Shown one piece after another: positions 8,720 through 19,088 of a stretch of DNA of 64,000 nucleotides (positions are counted from its first letter, which is position 1; each line of letters starts with the position of its first letter). The position numbers and the translations under genes were made by a program. The DNA comes from Patescibacteria group bacterium. Its GTDB lineage: Bacteria > Patescibacteriota > Minisyncoccia > Phycocordibacterales > PALSA-1337. The notes below the pieces were generated by a model that saw only the letters and a list, made by a program, of their open reading frames with translations, was not told the DNA's origin and did no database searches. The stretch covers positions 15,262 to 79,261 of the forward strand of contig JBBTRA010000006.1 in the NCBI GenBank assembly GCA_038065415.1. The letters run 5' to 3'.

Positions 8720-10534
8720 ATGAAGTTACATATATGGAGTAGGAAGCAGGGAGGTACAAAAAGAGGCTTCACTCTCACTGAAGTCCTTGTGGGCTCTGCA
8801 GTTTTCCTGATCATCGCACTCGCTGCATATAATGCATATGTGGGTCTTTTCCACCTGATCAACTTGAGCCAGTACAAGGTGCTTGCGGTTAGCCTTGCAA
8901 ACGAACAGTTTGAGATTGCTCGCAACATGCCCTATACGGATGTAGGTATCGAAGGTGGTATACCAGACGGTAAGCTTCAGCACATACAGACACTTGTGCG
9001 TGGCGGGGTAACTTTCACTGTTACCACAACGGTGCGCAACATTGATTTGCCATTCGATGGGACGATCGGCGGTAGTCCCAACGATATCTCTCCGGCCGAT
9101 AATAAATCTTTGGAAGTGGCAGTGTCATGTATCGGATGTAGGGATATGCAGCCTATCCGATTGACTGGGCAGATTGCCCCGAAAAATCTAGAGACCGCCT
9201 CAAACAACGGAGCTCTGTTCATCAGAGTTTTTGATGCAAATGGCCAGCCGGTACAGGGAGCTTCCGTTCATGTGGAGAATATAGCTACGACAACAACGAC
9301 TATCGTGATCGATGATGTCACTGATGCGACGGGCATGCTCCAGCTCATCGATGTTCCTCCGGATACAGAAGCATACCGAGTGGTCGTAACAAAATCCGGG
9401 TATTCAACAGATAGGACATATCCTCCAGGAGGTGTAGGGAACCCAACTCCATCCAAGCCGGATGCTACGGTGATCGTACAGCAAGTGACGCAGGTTAGTT
9501 TCGCAATCGATCGCATCGGTTCTCTCGAAATATCGAGCGTGACACCTCTCTGTGTAGTCGTTCCTAATTTTGATTTTTCTCTGGCAGGGTCGAAGCAAAT
9601 TGGTACCAGTGTGCCCAAATATTCGCAAAACCTCTCAACTGGAGCTGGTGGTACATTGCTGCTCTCGTCGATGGAGTGGGATACGTATACGATGACCCCG
9701 ACTGATAGTGCATATGATGTCGCCGGTCTTAATCCGCTCAATCCTATCACCGTCAATCCGGGAGCTGCACAGCAGGCGCAGATCATCGTCGTGCCCGACG
9801 CACCACTTGGTCTGCTCGTTACTGCTAAAGATAACGCTACTCAACTGCCGATATCTGGCGCCGAGGTGACGCTCACTAAAGTAGGATTTAGCGAAGTCCT
9901 CACTACTGGTAAAGGATATATCAATCAGACCGACTGGTCTGGTGGGGCAGGGCAAGCAACTTCATCTAATGTAGCAAAGTATTTTCAGGATGATTCCAAT
10001 GTTGATGTTTCAGTGAGTGTGGGAGAGATTCGTCTCAAAGAGGTATTCGGAGAATATAATCCATCGGGAATACTCGAGTCTTCCTGGTTCGATACGGGAT
10101 CAGAGAGTAACTTTTATTCGCTGGTCTGGACTCCATCGGACGCTCCTGCTCTTGCTGGTTCCGATGCGGTCCGTTTCCAGATTGCGACTGCGAGCACGTC
10201 AGAGCCAACTTCGTGGACATTCAGAGGTCCTGATGGAACAGGTGCGACATACTATTCGGTCTCTGATTCTCCGGTTGCCGCGATTCATAATGGAGACCAA
10301 TTTTTCCGCTACAAGGTGTATCTTTCTACAGAAACTGCCACAGTGACGCCGAGCATCTCGGACGCTGCGTTCACCTTCACTTCTTCCTGTACGCCTCCGG
10401 GTCAGGTTATATTTTCAGGACTCGATGCGGGCACTTATCACATCACCATAACAAAGTCAGGGTATGCACAGTATGATCAAGATGTTGTCGTGAGCAGTGG
10501 CTGGATGGAAGTGCAGGCTGCGATGGCTCCATAA
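8720..10534 (+). CDS. Large minor pilin-like protein with prepilin motif and beta-sandwich (carboxypeptidase-regulatory-like) repeats
   Basis: RGFTLTEVLV; VFDANGQPVQGASV and DNATQLPISGAEVTL repeats. Confidence 0.8.
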   Translation: MKLHIWSRKQGGTKRGFTLTEVLVGSAVFLIIALAAYNAYVGLFHLINLSQYKVLAVSLANEQFEIARNMPYTDVGIEGGIPDGKLQHIQTLVRGGVTFTVTTTVRNIDLPFDGTIGGSPNDISPADNKSLEVAVSCIGCRDMQPIRLTGQIAPKNLETASNNGALFIRVFDANGQPVQGASVHVENIATTTTTIVIDDVTDATGMLQLIDVPPDTEAYRVVVTKSGYSTDRTYPPGGVGNPTPSKPDATVIVQQVTQVSFAIDRIGSLEISSVTPLCVVVPNFDFSLAGSKQIGTSVPKYSQNLSTGAGGTLLLSSMEWDTYTMTPTDSAYDVAGLNPLNPITVNPGAAQQAQIIVVPDAPLGLLVTAKDNATQLPISGAEVTLTKVGFSEVLTTGKGYINQTDWSGGAGQATSSNVAKYFQDDSNVDVSVSVGEIRLKEVFGEYNPSGILESSWFDTGSESNFYSLVWTPSDAPALAGSDAVRFQIATASTSEPTSWTFRGPDGTGATYYSVSDSPVAAIHNGDQFFRYKVYLSTETATVTPSISDAAFTFTSSCTPPGQVIFSGLDAGTYHITITKSGYAQYDQDVVVSSGWMEVQAAMAP

Positions 10535-10549
10535 GGTATAATCAAGCTG

Positions 10550-11173
10550 ATGAAGTTCACAGAATCACAACGTGCGCAGAGTAACGGATTCACTCTGGTG
10601 GAGGTGCTTGCATCGATCTCCATTCTTGTGGTGGTCATGATTGCGGTGAGCTCTTTTCAGTATAATGTCATCAACTACAATCGTTCGTCGGCAGTATCTC
10701 TTACCAACGCTCAGGAGGCTCAATCTCTCCTGAAGGTCATGTCCAAAGAAATCCGTTCAATGGAACCGAGTTCAAATGGGGCGTATCCGATCGCGTCCGC
10801 AGGAACAAGCAGTCTGACCTTTTTTGCTGATATTGATAGCGATGGTACAAAAGAGCAGGTCCGCTACTATATTTCGACCACCACAGTGTTTCGCGGCACT
10901 ATCAAGCCGACGGGATCGCCGCTTGCATATATGGGCGCTGAAATAAGGAGAACACTTGCGACGGGCATTCGTAATTCGAGTACGACACCCATATTCGAAT
11001 ATTTCGATGGTACATATGCGGGCACGTCGACTCCTATGACGTATCCACTCACTATTACCTCTATTCGCCTAGTCAAGATGAATCTCACGATAGATACTGA
11101 TCCGAGCAAAGCCCCGATATTGAGGACATTCACAACTCAGGCGGGATTGAGAAATCTCAAGGATAATCTATAG
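10550..11173 (+). CDS. Minor pilin/pseudopilin (PilW/GspJ-like)
   Basis: NGFTLVEVLAS prepilin cleavage/methylation motif. Confidence 0.85.
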   Translation: MKFTESQRAQSNGFTLVEVLASISILVVVMIAVSSFQYNVINYNRSSAVSLTNAQEAQSLLKVMSKEIRSMEPSSNGAYPIASAGTSSLTFFADIDSDGTKEQVRYYISTTTVFRGTIKPTGSPLAYMGAEIRRTLATGIRNSSTTPIFEYFDGTYAGTSTPMTYPLTITSIRLVKMNLTIDTDPSKAPILRTFTTQAGLRNLKDNL

Positions 11174-11177
11174 CACC

Positions 11178-12692
11178 ATGAAACAGGAAATCAATAATAA
11201 CAATCGAAAATGGGTACAGGCACATTCAGGTATGGTCCTCGTGAATGTGCTCATATTCGCCACGATCGCAGTTACAGTGACGACTGGTCTGGTCAATTGG
11301 GGAGCTACTGTTCTCAAGACAACTAGGACACTAGATGCTCGTGAGCAAGCATTCCAAGTTGCAGAGGCAGGGATAGAATATTATCGGTGGCATCTCGCGC
11401 ATGCACCGACTGACTATCAGGATGGTACGGGAGCACCTGGTCCCTATGTACACACGGTACTAGATGCTGATGGTGATATGGTGGGGAGTTATTCGTTGAC
11501 GATAACTCCTCCGGCTACAGGATCGACGATCGTAAGGGTCCGTTCGACAGGTACCGTAGTAGTTGATCCGAGCATTTCACGAACGATACAAGCGACTCTC
11601 GCTATACCATCCCTCGCAAAGTATGCAGTCGTAGCGAATGCAGCCATGCGTTTTGGTGAGGGGACGGAAGTGTTCGGCCCTATTCATTCGAACGCCGGTA
11701 TTCGTTTTGATGGATTGGCACATAATATCGTCACCAGTGGAGTGGCAAGCTATGACGATCCTGATCACGATGAATCAGGATCTGAGAGATTGGAGTATGG
11801 TGTGCATACCCACGTTGCTGCACCACCTGGATCTGGAGTCAATGATTCATATCGACCAGCAGAGATGCCTCCGGCGACTCCTCCGAACAGGGCAGATGTA
11901 TTTATGGCGGGGAGACAGTTTCCTGTACCGACATTTGATTTCACGGGATTGACTACAGATTTGTCTGCTATGAAGTCTAATGCTCAGGCGTCGGGAAGGT
12001 ACTATGCTCACTCGGGATCGCAGGGGTACCATATCGTGCTCAAAACAAACGACACATATGATTTGTATCGTGTGAACTCTCTTCGCTCTGCACCGAATAA
12101 CTGTACCAATACGGCAAACCAGACCAACTGGGGAACATGGAGTGTCAATTCGCAAACTCTCATCGCTTCCAACCAAACCTTTCCCGCAAACGGCATCATT
12201 TTCCTTGAAGATCATGTGTGGGTGGATGGGACGATAAATGGTGCTCGTTTGACGATCGCTTCAGGAAGATTCCCTGATAATGTGACGACGCGCACAGATA
12301 TCACCATCAATGACGATCTTCTGTATACGAACTATGATGGTACCGACGTGATCTCTCTTATTGCGCAGAGGAATATCAATGTAGGACTTTGGAGTCAGGA
12401 TGATTTGCGCATCGATGCCGCACTGGTTGCTCAGAACGGTAGAGCAGGACGGTGGTACTATGAAAATGATTGTCGTACGACAGGAGGGGGAGGGCAGAAT
12501 TATTATGTACGTAATCAGCTCACACTCTACGGAATGATCGCCACCAATGAGCGATACGGATTCGCATATACGGACGATACAGGATATACCAATCGAGACA
12601 TCATATACGATAGTAATCTCCTGTACGGCCCACCACCGTCATTTCCACTGACTTCGAGTCAGTACACGACTATCTCTTGGCAAGAGATATAA
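11178..12692 (+). CDS. PilX-like minor pilin-associated protein
   Basis: GMVLVNVLIF...AFQVAEAGIEY PilX N-terminal pattern; ends SWQEI. Confidence 0.75.
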   Translation: MKQEINNNNRKWVQAHSGMVLVNVLIFATIAVTVTTGLVNWGATVLKTTRTLDAREQAFQVAEAGIEYYRWHLAHAPTDYQDGTGAPGPYVHTVLDADGDMVGSYSLTITPPATGSTIVRVRSTGTVVVDPSISRTIQATLAIPSLAKYAVVANAAMRFGEGTEVFGPIHSNAGIRFDGLAHNIVTSGVASYDDPDHDESGSERLEYGVHTHVAAPPGSGVNDSYRPAEMPPATPPNRADVFMAGRQFPVPTFDFTGLTTDLSAMKSNAQASGRYYAHSGSQGYHIVLKTNDTYDLYRVNSLRSAPNNCTNTANQTNWGTWSVNSQTLIASNQTFPANGIIFLEDHVWVDGTINGARLTIASGRFPDNVTTRTDITINDDLLYTNYDGTDVISLIAQRNINVGLWSQDDLRIDAALVAQNGRAGRWYYENDCRTTGGGGQNYYVRNQLTLYGMIATNERYGFAYTDDTGYTNRDIIYDSNLLYGPPPSFPLTSSQYTTISWQEI

Positions 12693-12703
12693 CTACTATA
12701 TTC

Positions 12704-12823
12704 ATGGAAACAATCATACTTGTGATTATCGTCGTCGCGCTCATCTACTCGAGCAGTTCTTCGAAGTCGAAAGAAAAGGATGGGGGCAAAAAGGGTGGAG
12801 ATAAGGGTAAGAAGGGGAAATAG
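12704..12823 (+). CDS. 39-aa small membrane peptide with Lys/Gly tail (not in ORF track)
   Basis: METIILVIIVVALIYSSSSSKSKEKDGGKKGGDKGKKGK, 11 nt after the pilX-like gene. Confidence 0.55.
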   Translation: METIILVIIVVALIYSSSSSKSKEKDGGKKGGDKGKKGK

Positions 12824-12899
12824 GTAACAGCTGGGTATCATCGAAATAAAAATCCCGCGTCAAGATTGTTCTTGATGCGGGGTTGTCCGTGTCGGTTGA

Positions 12900-13832
12900 T
12901 CACGCAGCCACTGCGTGGGGATGGAGCAGGTCCTCGATGATCTGCTTGACCTCAATGGGTGTGATACGACTGCCAGTAGCCCGGGGACTACCGCCGATCG
13001 TGTCGCCTCCACCCCAGTGGTTCACTGTATCGCCCTCGTGTTCGTCGAGTGTGCTCAAAATTTCGGTCACGGGGAATGGTATGAATATCGACCGCCTGCC
13101 GATCGAATAGGTGTACCTGCTATTACCCAGAGCTTTTGCAGCCACAAAGGCGTTGATGCCGTTGGCATACATTCCGATGCGCGCATTGAAGCCAATTTCT
13201 CGCACCATGGACCAACCGGTCCCGGTGTCGATAACTTCATAGCGAACATCGAGTTCGAGTTTTTCGCCGCCGCCGGCGAGCGTCCGACTGATACGGTCAC
13301 ATCCTGCGTCGATGATCGAGCGGAACTCCACAGGATCGCGACGCGCAAGAGCCCCGTTGAGCCGGGCGATCTTGTAGTGTTCGAATACCCAGTTGTTCTC
13401 CATGATCGCGGGCATCTGAGGCGAGAAGCCGTAGGCGCCAGCGGTTGTGTCGAGTAGGTCTTCGACGTTGATGATCCGATTCAGGATAGGGTTCGAGGTA
13501 GTTTCCACACGATGTGCATTCTGGAATGACCACACAGTAGCGGTCACATCCTCATCGCAGTCGTTCATCCAGAGGTGCAGTTCACCAGCGCCTTCGAGTG
13601 CGCGCATGAGTCCGCTCCTGATGAGTATGTTTGCCTGGGCTGCGGTGCAGCGAGTTGTCAGACGATCGCAACCCTCATGATGGTTGAGGTTGAGTATTTT
13701 TCGTAGCGGATCCCATTGCACGGGTCCGTACACGTATCCATCGATGGCGATTGATCCGGGGGGTGATTTGGCGCGGAACTCCTCCCAGCTGAGCGGGGGA
13801 GTATTGGGCTCTATGTGCAGAGTCACTTTCAT
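12900..13832 (-). CDS. Hypothetical protein, possible DHH-like metallophosphoesterase fold
   Basis: Motifs IDG, NHHEGC, NDCDED, WGGGDTIGGSPR; own terminator near 12849-12882. Confidence 0.6.
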   Translation of the reverse strand: MKVTLHIEPNTPPLSWEEFRAKSPPGSIAIDGYVYGPVQWDPLRKILNLNHHEGCDRLTTRCTAAQANILIRSGLMRALEGAGELHLWMNDCDEDVTATVWSFQNAHRVETTSNPILNRIINVEDLLDTTAGAYGFSPQMPAIMENNWVFEHYKIARLNGALARRDPVEFRSIIDAGCDRISRTLAGGGEKLELDVRYEVIDTGTGWSMVREIGFNARIGMYANGINAFVAAKALGNSRYTYSIGRRSIFIPFPVTEILSTLDEHEGDTVNHWGGGDTIGGSPRATGSRITPIEVKQIIEDLLHPHAVAA

Positions 13833-13991
13833 ACGGTTTTTCAAAGATCGCTGGATAGCTTCGAGGCTCTGGCAGCCTGATCCAGGTACTACGATACAAT
13901 ATTTATCAAGATTAGTAAAGTGTACCAATCATACGTGCGCGCGCCTGTGTACGCGTTTTCTTTGGCTGGGATAGTACGCTACAATACCCTC

Positions 13992-14747
13992 ATGAAAAAA
14001 CTCGTTATCGGAAATTGGAAGATGAACCCGGCCACATTTGATGAGGCGAAGGTAATCGCTCAGAAGAGTCGTCGTTTGGCAGCAGGGCTCTCGCATACGG
14101 AGGTTGTCGCATGTCCGCCATTTGTTTTTCTCGGAGCAGTCATATCTGAGAGAGATCCAGATACACTCAAAGTAGGTGCCCAGTCGGTCTCATATGAAGA
14201 GGGTGGTCCTCATACAGGGGAAGTGGGTGCGATTATGCTCAAGGACATGGGTGTGAAGTATGTCATTGCTGGGCACTCGGAGGAGCGTGCTCGCGGTGAT
14301 ACGGATGAGTCGGTCTCAAAGAGGGTCAAAGCTATCGTCGAGGCAGGGATGGAAGCTGTACTCTGTGTTGGTGAGAAGGAGCGCGACGAGAATGGTGCGT
14401 ATCTTGATGGTTTGAAAGAACAGATAAAGAACAGTCTTGCGAATGTTCCGGCAAATAAGGCAAAGAATATCATCTTGGCATATGAACCGGTCTGGGCAAT
14501 AGGGGCTAAAGAAGCCATGGCTCCCGAACAGGTCTATGAGATGGCGCTGTTTGTGAGGAAAGTTTTTTCTGATGTTTTCAATGCCGATCAGGCCCTCAAG
14601 GCGACGGTTCTCTATGGTGGCTCAGTCAATTTTCGCAATGCTGCAGATATTATCAAGACCGGGCAGGTGGACGGTCTACTCGTCGGGCGTGAGAGTGTCA
14701 ACATGCCTGGTTTCACAGAATTATTGAAGGCAGTGGATGAAATATAA
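13992..14747 (+). CDS. tpiA: Triosephosphate isomerase
   Basis: GNWKMN, GHSE, AYEPVWAIG, LYGGSV. Confidence 0.97.
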   Translation: MKKLVIGNWKMNPATFDEAKVIAQKSRRLAAGLSHTEVVACPPFVFLGAVISERDPDTLKVGAQSVSYEEGGPHTGEVGAIMLKDMGVKYVIAGHSEERARGDTDESVSKRVKAIVEAGMEAVLCVGEKERDENGAYLDGLKEQIKNSLANVPANKAKNIILAYEPVWAIGAKEAMAPEQVYEMALFVRKVFSDVFNADQALKATVLYGGSVNFRNAADIIKTGQVDGLLVGRESVNMPGFTELLKAVDEI

Positions 14748-15859
14748 TGAAAACGATCAAAGATATCCCATACCTGGAAGGCGTAAAGGTTCTGGTTCGT
14801 GCCGACTTCAATGTGCCGATAACTAACGGTAGTGTCGTCGATGATTTTCGTATTCGAGCGGCGCTACCGACTATTTCGTATTTGAAGGAAAAAGGGGCGA
14901 CTATTCTCCTAATAAGCCATCTTGAAGCTGCTGATGGAGGCAATCCTTCATTGGAGCCAGTCGCGAAGCGATTGATAGATCTTGGGGTGGAAACATCATT
15001 TGTTAGTGATTACAAAAAAGCATCTAGCATGGTCGAAGCTGCACCAGGAAGCTGTTTCTTGCTGGAAAATCTCCGCTTCTTCGATGGTGAAAAAAATAAT
15101 GACCCGAAATTTGCACAGGAACTCGCGTCACTCGCTGATATCTATGTGAACGACGCGTTCTCTGTTTCACATCGTGAGCACGCATCGGTAGTTGGCGTAC
15201 CGAAGCTCATGCCGAGCTATGCAGGTCTCCAGCTCGAACAGGAGATCGTACACCTCTCAAAAGCATTTGATCCGTCGCATCCATTCCTATTCATTCTTGG
15301 TGGGGCAAAGTTTGATACCAAAATGCCGCTTGTTGAGAAGTTCTCGGTATTGGCAGATTCTATATTTATCGGAGGTGCTCTCGCAAACGATCTTTTGAAA
15401 GCTCGTGGCAAGGAAGTGGGTACATCCAAAGTATCATCATCGCCGATTGATCTCACCAAGATTCTCGCTAACCCCAAGATTTTTTCTTGTGTAGATGTGG
15501 CTATCGCAAATGAGGGCACCAAAGACATAGATAGTATCGAAGTTGATGATCTTATCGCGGATATCGGGGCCAAGTCGGTCGCCTTGCTCAAGGAGAAGAT
15601 CGCCGAAGCGAAATTTATTCTTTGGAACGGTCCATTTGGTATTTATGAAAAAGGGTTCACTTGGGGGACGGAGGAGTGTGCACGCCTCATTGCAGAGAAC
15701 CCTGTCGCCATGAAGATTGTTGGTGGTGGAGATACATTGGCAGCTATCGCGAAGCTCGGTGTCGAAGATAAGTATTCATTTGTCTCCACAGGTGGCGGAG
15801 CTATGTTGGATTTCTTGGCAAAAGGAACGTTGCCGGGTATTGAGGTGCTAAAGGGGTAG
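14747..15859 (+). CDS. pgk: Phosphoglycerate kinase
   Basis: VRADFNVP, LLENLRF, VNDAF, GGGDT, VSTGGGA. Confidence 0.97.
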   Translation: MKTIKDIPYLEGVKVLVRADFNVPITNGSVVDDFRIRAALPTISYLKEKGATILLISHLEAADGGNPSLEPVAKRLIDLGVETSFVSDYKKASSMVEAAPGSCFLLENLRFFDGEKNNDPKFAQELASLADIYVNDAFSVSHREHASVVGVPKLMPSYAGLQLEQEIVHLSKAFDPSHPFLFILGGAKFDTKMPLVEKFSVLADSIFIGGALANDLLKARGKEVGTSKVSSSPIDLTKILANPKIFSCVDVAIANEGTKDIDSIEVDDLIADIGAKSVALLKEKIAEAKFILWNGPFGIYEKGFTWGTEECARLIAENPVAMKIVGGGDTLAAIAKLGVEDKYSFVSTGGGAMLDFLAKGTLPGIEVLKG

Positions 15860-15929
15860 GTTTTTGCGTGTACCTACTGTTGACTTATCTGTATGTTGGC
15901 GTATGGTATATCGAGAAGGAGACAAGTGT

Positions 15930-16256
15930 ATGAACAATGAAGTCAGTCTTGCGAAGAGTAGGCAAGAGTGTGCACCCGGTGGCTGTGATTCCTCTGATAG
16001 TGATGTGTGCAATTGCCAATGCCACGATCCCGATTTTGGTCAGTTCGTACGACATACTGCACCGTGTTGCCATGGTTGTCCGCACTGCGGTCAGATGATC
16101 AAAGTGCATTCACTGACTGTTCATATCGAGGAATGTTTAAAGGCAAAAAGAGCGCAAGCGTCTCTAGGGGTGTCCCCGAGCTCATTTACTGAAGTGCAAT
16201 TGCGGACGCTTGCAAGTCATCCTGAAGCGTTCAGTGATATTTCTCAGGCAGATTGA
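15930..16256 (+). CDS. Cys/His-rich small hypothetical protein (possible Zn-binding)
   Basis: AAGGAG SD, TTGACT upstream; CNCQCH, PCCHGCPHCG...HIEEC. Confidence 0.55.
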   Translation: MNNEVSLAKSRQECAPGGCDSSDSDVCNCQCHDPDFGQFVRHTAPCCHGCPHCGQMIKVHSLTVHIEECLKAKRAQASLGVSPSSFTEVQLRTLASHPEAFSDISQAD

Positions 16257-16309
16257 GTTTCTCGTGCCGCTGGATAAAACCGGCGGCATTTTTGGTCCCA
16301 GCGGCATCA

Positions 16310-16669
16310 CTATCTGAGTGCGGCTATGATCTTTTGTTTGTTGCCCTCAAAGTCGTTTTTGTCGCCAGCAATCTTGTTGTCAGGTATGAGCCAGATGTGT
16401 GCATGAGGAACTTCTTCGCCGATCATTTTGCCGACGATGAGTTCGGTGCCGAATGCTACGCGCTGGGCGCGCACAATCTTTTGGGCAACTTCGAAGTATA
16501 TGCCGATATTCTCTACATCCCAAACCCAGCGATAATGTTTTTTGGGTATTACGAGCGTGTGGCCAGGAGACATGGGACGGATGTCGAGGAATGCAACAAA
16601 ATCAGTATCCTCATAGACGATATGGGCAGAGACTTCTTTGGCGGCTATTTTACAGAAAATACAATCCAT
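16310..16669 (-). CDS. HIT family hydrolase
   Basis: MDCIFCKI, GHTLVIPKKH, VPHAHIWL (third His replaced by Trp). Confidence 0.92.
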   Translation of the reverse strand: MDCIFCKIAAKEVSAHIVYEDTDFVAFLDIRPMSPGHTLVIPKKHYRWVWDVENIGIYFEVAQKIVRAQRVAFGTELIVGKMIGEEVPHAHIWLIPDNKIAGDKNDFEGNKQKIIAALR

Positions 16670-16752
16670 AGGTATCCAGATTCTATCATATAGTTGAGGG
16701 TATTTTATTTTGTGATGGTTTGGTATATCCTGTGAAGAGAAGGGAATCGACT

Positions 16753-16926
16753 ATGAATATGCTCGTGAAGCTCTTTGCGGAAGGTGTCGATGCGGATTAT
16801 GGCCTGGAGAAAGGATCTGAGTTCAGGGCGAAGTTTCCTGAACGGCTTGAGGATGAGGTCCCGTTCGGCACCCTGATGAGTGCGCTCAGGGAGATCGTTC
16901 CGGGTGAGAAGAAGTGTACAGATTGA
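16753..16926 (+). CDS. Small hypothetical protein
   Basis: 57-aa ORF with AAGGGA upstream and a hairpin downstream. Confidence 0.4.
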   Translation: MNMLVKLFAEGVDADYGLEKGSEFRAKFPERLEDEVPFGTLMSALREIVPGEKKCTD

Positions 16927-16981
16927 TGTCGAATCTCGAGGACCCCCAGAGGGTCCTTTTTTGCATGATATACTTCCACGC

Positions 16982-18733
16982 ATGAGCGTTATGAACTACT
17001 TGACTCGCAAGCCGTTATCCGTCGATGAGCGCAATGCTGTCGGGGGAGTGTCAGATATTGTGGCACACCTTTTGTTTCACCGTGGCATCACAGACAGGGT
17101 ATCTGCAGAGAAGTTTTTGGCGCCAGACTATGATGCGCATATCCTCGACCCATTCTTGCTCAAAGACGCAGAGAAGGCGGCACAACGAATTATTCATGCA
17201 ATAGAAAGTGGTGAGCGTATCACACTCTATTCTGATTATGATGCTGATGGTATACCTGGGGCGGTGATGTGGAACGACTTTTTCAAGCGCATCGGGTACG
17301 CCAATTATTCTATATATATACCGCACCGGCATAATGAGGGGTTTGGTTTGAACATCGAAGCAGTGGAACAACTGGCGGCAGAAGGAGTAAAGCTCCTCAT
17401 CACGCTTGATTGTGGTATCTCTGATGTCACGCCTGTGAGGCGTGCGAATGAACTCGGTATCGAGGTTATCATCACGGATCACCACGAACCACCTCCAGAA
17501 TTGCCGGCCGCATTTGCGATCATCGATCACAAGCAAGATGACTGTGCGTATCCTGACAAGAATCTGTGCGGTTCGGCAGTTGGGTACAAACTGATTCAGG
17601 CGGTGATCAAGAAAGGGATACCGTGGAAAGCCGGTCATGAAAAATGGTTCCTCGATATGGTGGGTATCGCGACCCTTTCGGATATGGTCCCCCTCACGGG
17701 CGAGAATCGGATATTCGCATACTATGGTTTGTCAGTGCTCCGCAAAAGTCCGCGCAAGGGTTTGATGAAGCTTCTCTCCAAGCTCAAGATGTCCCAGCCT
17801 CATCTGACTGAAGATGATATCGCCTTCATGATCACGCCGCGTATCAATGCCGCATCACGCATGGGTGTGCCAATGGATGCATTCAAACTTCTTACTGCCG
17901 AAAATGATGAGGATGCCAAACAGTATGCGGATCATCTCGATGAGATCAACAATGAACGCAAAGGAATCGTGGCGGCATTGGTCAAAGAGGTAAAGAAGAT
18001 TGTCACGGAGAGGTACGAAGTCCCTCCACGAGCAATTGTTCTCGGTAATCCAGATTGGAAACCCTCGCTCCTCGGCCTTGTCGCAAATACATGTGCAGAA
18101 GAATTTGATCGACCGGTTTTCTTGTGGGGTAGAGATGGGGACAATGTCATCAAAGGATCATGTCGTTCGGAAGGTACGAGCAATATTGTAGAGATCATGA
18201 GGGGTGTTCCTGCGGGCGCGTTTATACAATTTGGTGGACACAAGCACTCAGGAGGATTTGCAGTAGACAATGAGCAGGTGCATTTTTTGGAAAAGCATCT
18301 GAATGAATCAGCAGAGAAAATTCATGATAAGAAAAATGCTGCCTCAGGAGGCGAAAAATCACCGGAAGATTTTGATGGTGAATACGTCGATATGGAATTG
18401 TCGCTCGACAAAGTTGATTGGAGGCTGCAAGAAGACATCGACCGGCTGGCCCCATTTGGTACGGGCAACTCGAAACCCATGTTCATGTTCAAGAAAGTGA
18501 AACCTTCCAGTATTCGCAAGTTCGGCAAGACGCAAGGGCATGTTGAAGTTGGTTTCAAAAGGTCGAACGGCACACCTCTTGCGGCAATCGCATTTTTCGC
18601 AGCCGATCAAGAGTGGGTGAAGGTATTGGAAGGAGATACGGAAAAGTTGATCGATCTTGTGGCCTCGATAGAGAAATCCATGTTCCGCGGGAGGAAGGAG
18701 TTGAGGTTGCGTATCGTGGACGTCATCATTTGA
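16982..18733 (+). CDS. recJ: ssDNA-specific exonuclease RecJ
   Basis: SDYDADG, TLDCG, ITDHH, PRINAASRM, FGGH, LAPFGTGN. Confidence 0.96.
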   Translation: MSVMNYLTRKPLSVDERNAVGGVSDIVAHLLFHRGITDRVSAEKFLAPDYDAHILDPFLLKDAEKAAQRIIHAIESGERITLYSDYDADGIPGAVMWNDFFKRIGYANYSIYIPHRHNEGFGLNIEAVEQLAAEGVKLLITLDCGISDVTPVRRANELGIEVIITDHHEPPPELPAAFAIIDHKQDDCAYPDKNLCGSAVGYKLIQAVIKKGIPWKAGHEKWFLDMVGIATLSDMVPLTGENRIFAYYGLSVLRKSPRKGLMKLLSKLKMSQPHLTEDDIAFMITPRINAASRMGVPMDAFKLLTAENDEDAKQYADHLDEINNERKGIVAALVKEVKKIVTERYEVPPRAIVLGNPDWKPSLLGLVANTCAEEFDRPVFLWGRDGDNVIKGSCRSEGTSNIVEIMRGVPAGAFIQFGGHKHSGGFAVDNEQVHFLEKHLNESAEKIHDKKNAASGGEKSPEDFDGEYVDMELSLDKVDWRLQEDIDRLAPFGTGNSKPMFMFKKVKPSSIRKFGKTQGHVEVGFKRSNGTPLAAIAFFAADQEWVKVLEGDTEKLIDLVASIEKSMFRGRKELRLRIVDVII

Positions 18734-18786
18734 CATTTTAGGATTATTTTGAATAATAAGGGAGAACTCTGTGAAAGGTTGAAATC

Positions 18787-18987
18787 ATGAAAATAGTTAT
18801 GTCCCTACTTGCGGTCTTAGTGGCACTGATTCCTCTGTGGATCTTTCTGCTGGCCCGGCTTCTTTTTCAGCCAGAAGGGTTTTGGCAAAATCTTGTACTG
18901 ACAGGTTTGGGCATCTGGTTAATGGGCGCAATTCAGCTTGTTTTTCTTGTCGTATTGATGTTTGTGCTTATCGCCATCTGGGAGTAA
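18787..18987 (+). CDS. Small two-TM membrane protein
   Basis: Hydrophobic 66 aa; TTGACA at 18730 and GAAAGG SD. Confidence 0.6.
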   Translation: MKIVMSLLAVLVALIPLWIFLLARLLFQPEGFWQNLVLTGLGIWLMGAIQLVFLVVLMFVLIAIWE

Positions 18988-19088
18988 CTGCGGATGTTTC
19001 TTGGCGACTCGATATTTTGAGTCGCTTTTTTTGTATAAAATTTCAGATAAAAGCAGCAAAAAGGTATCTTTGTGATATTATCAGGTAC

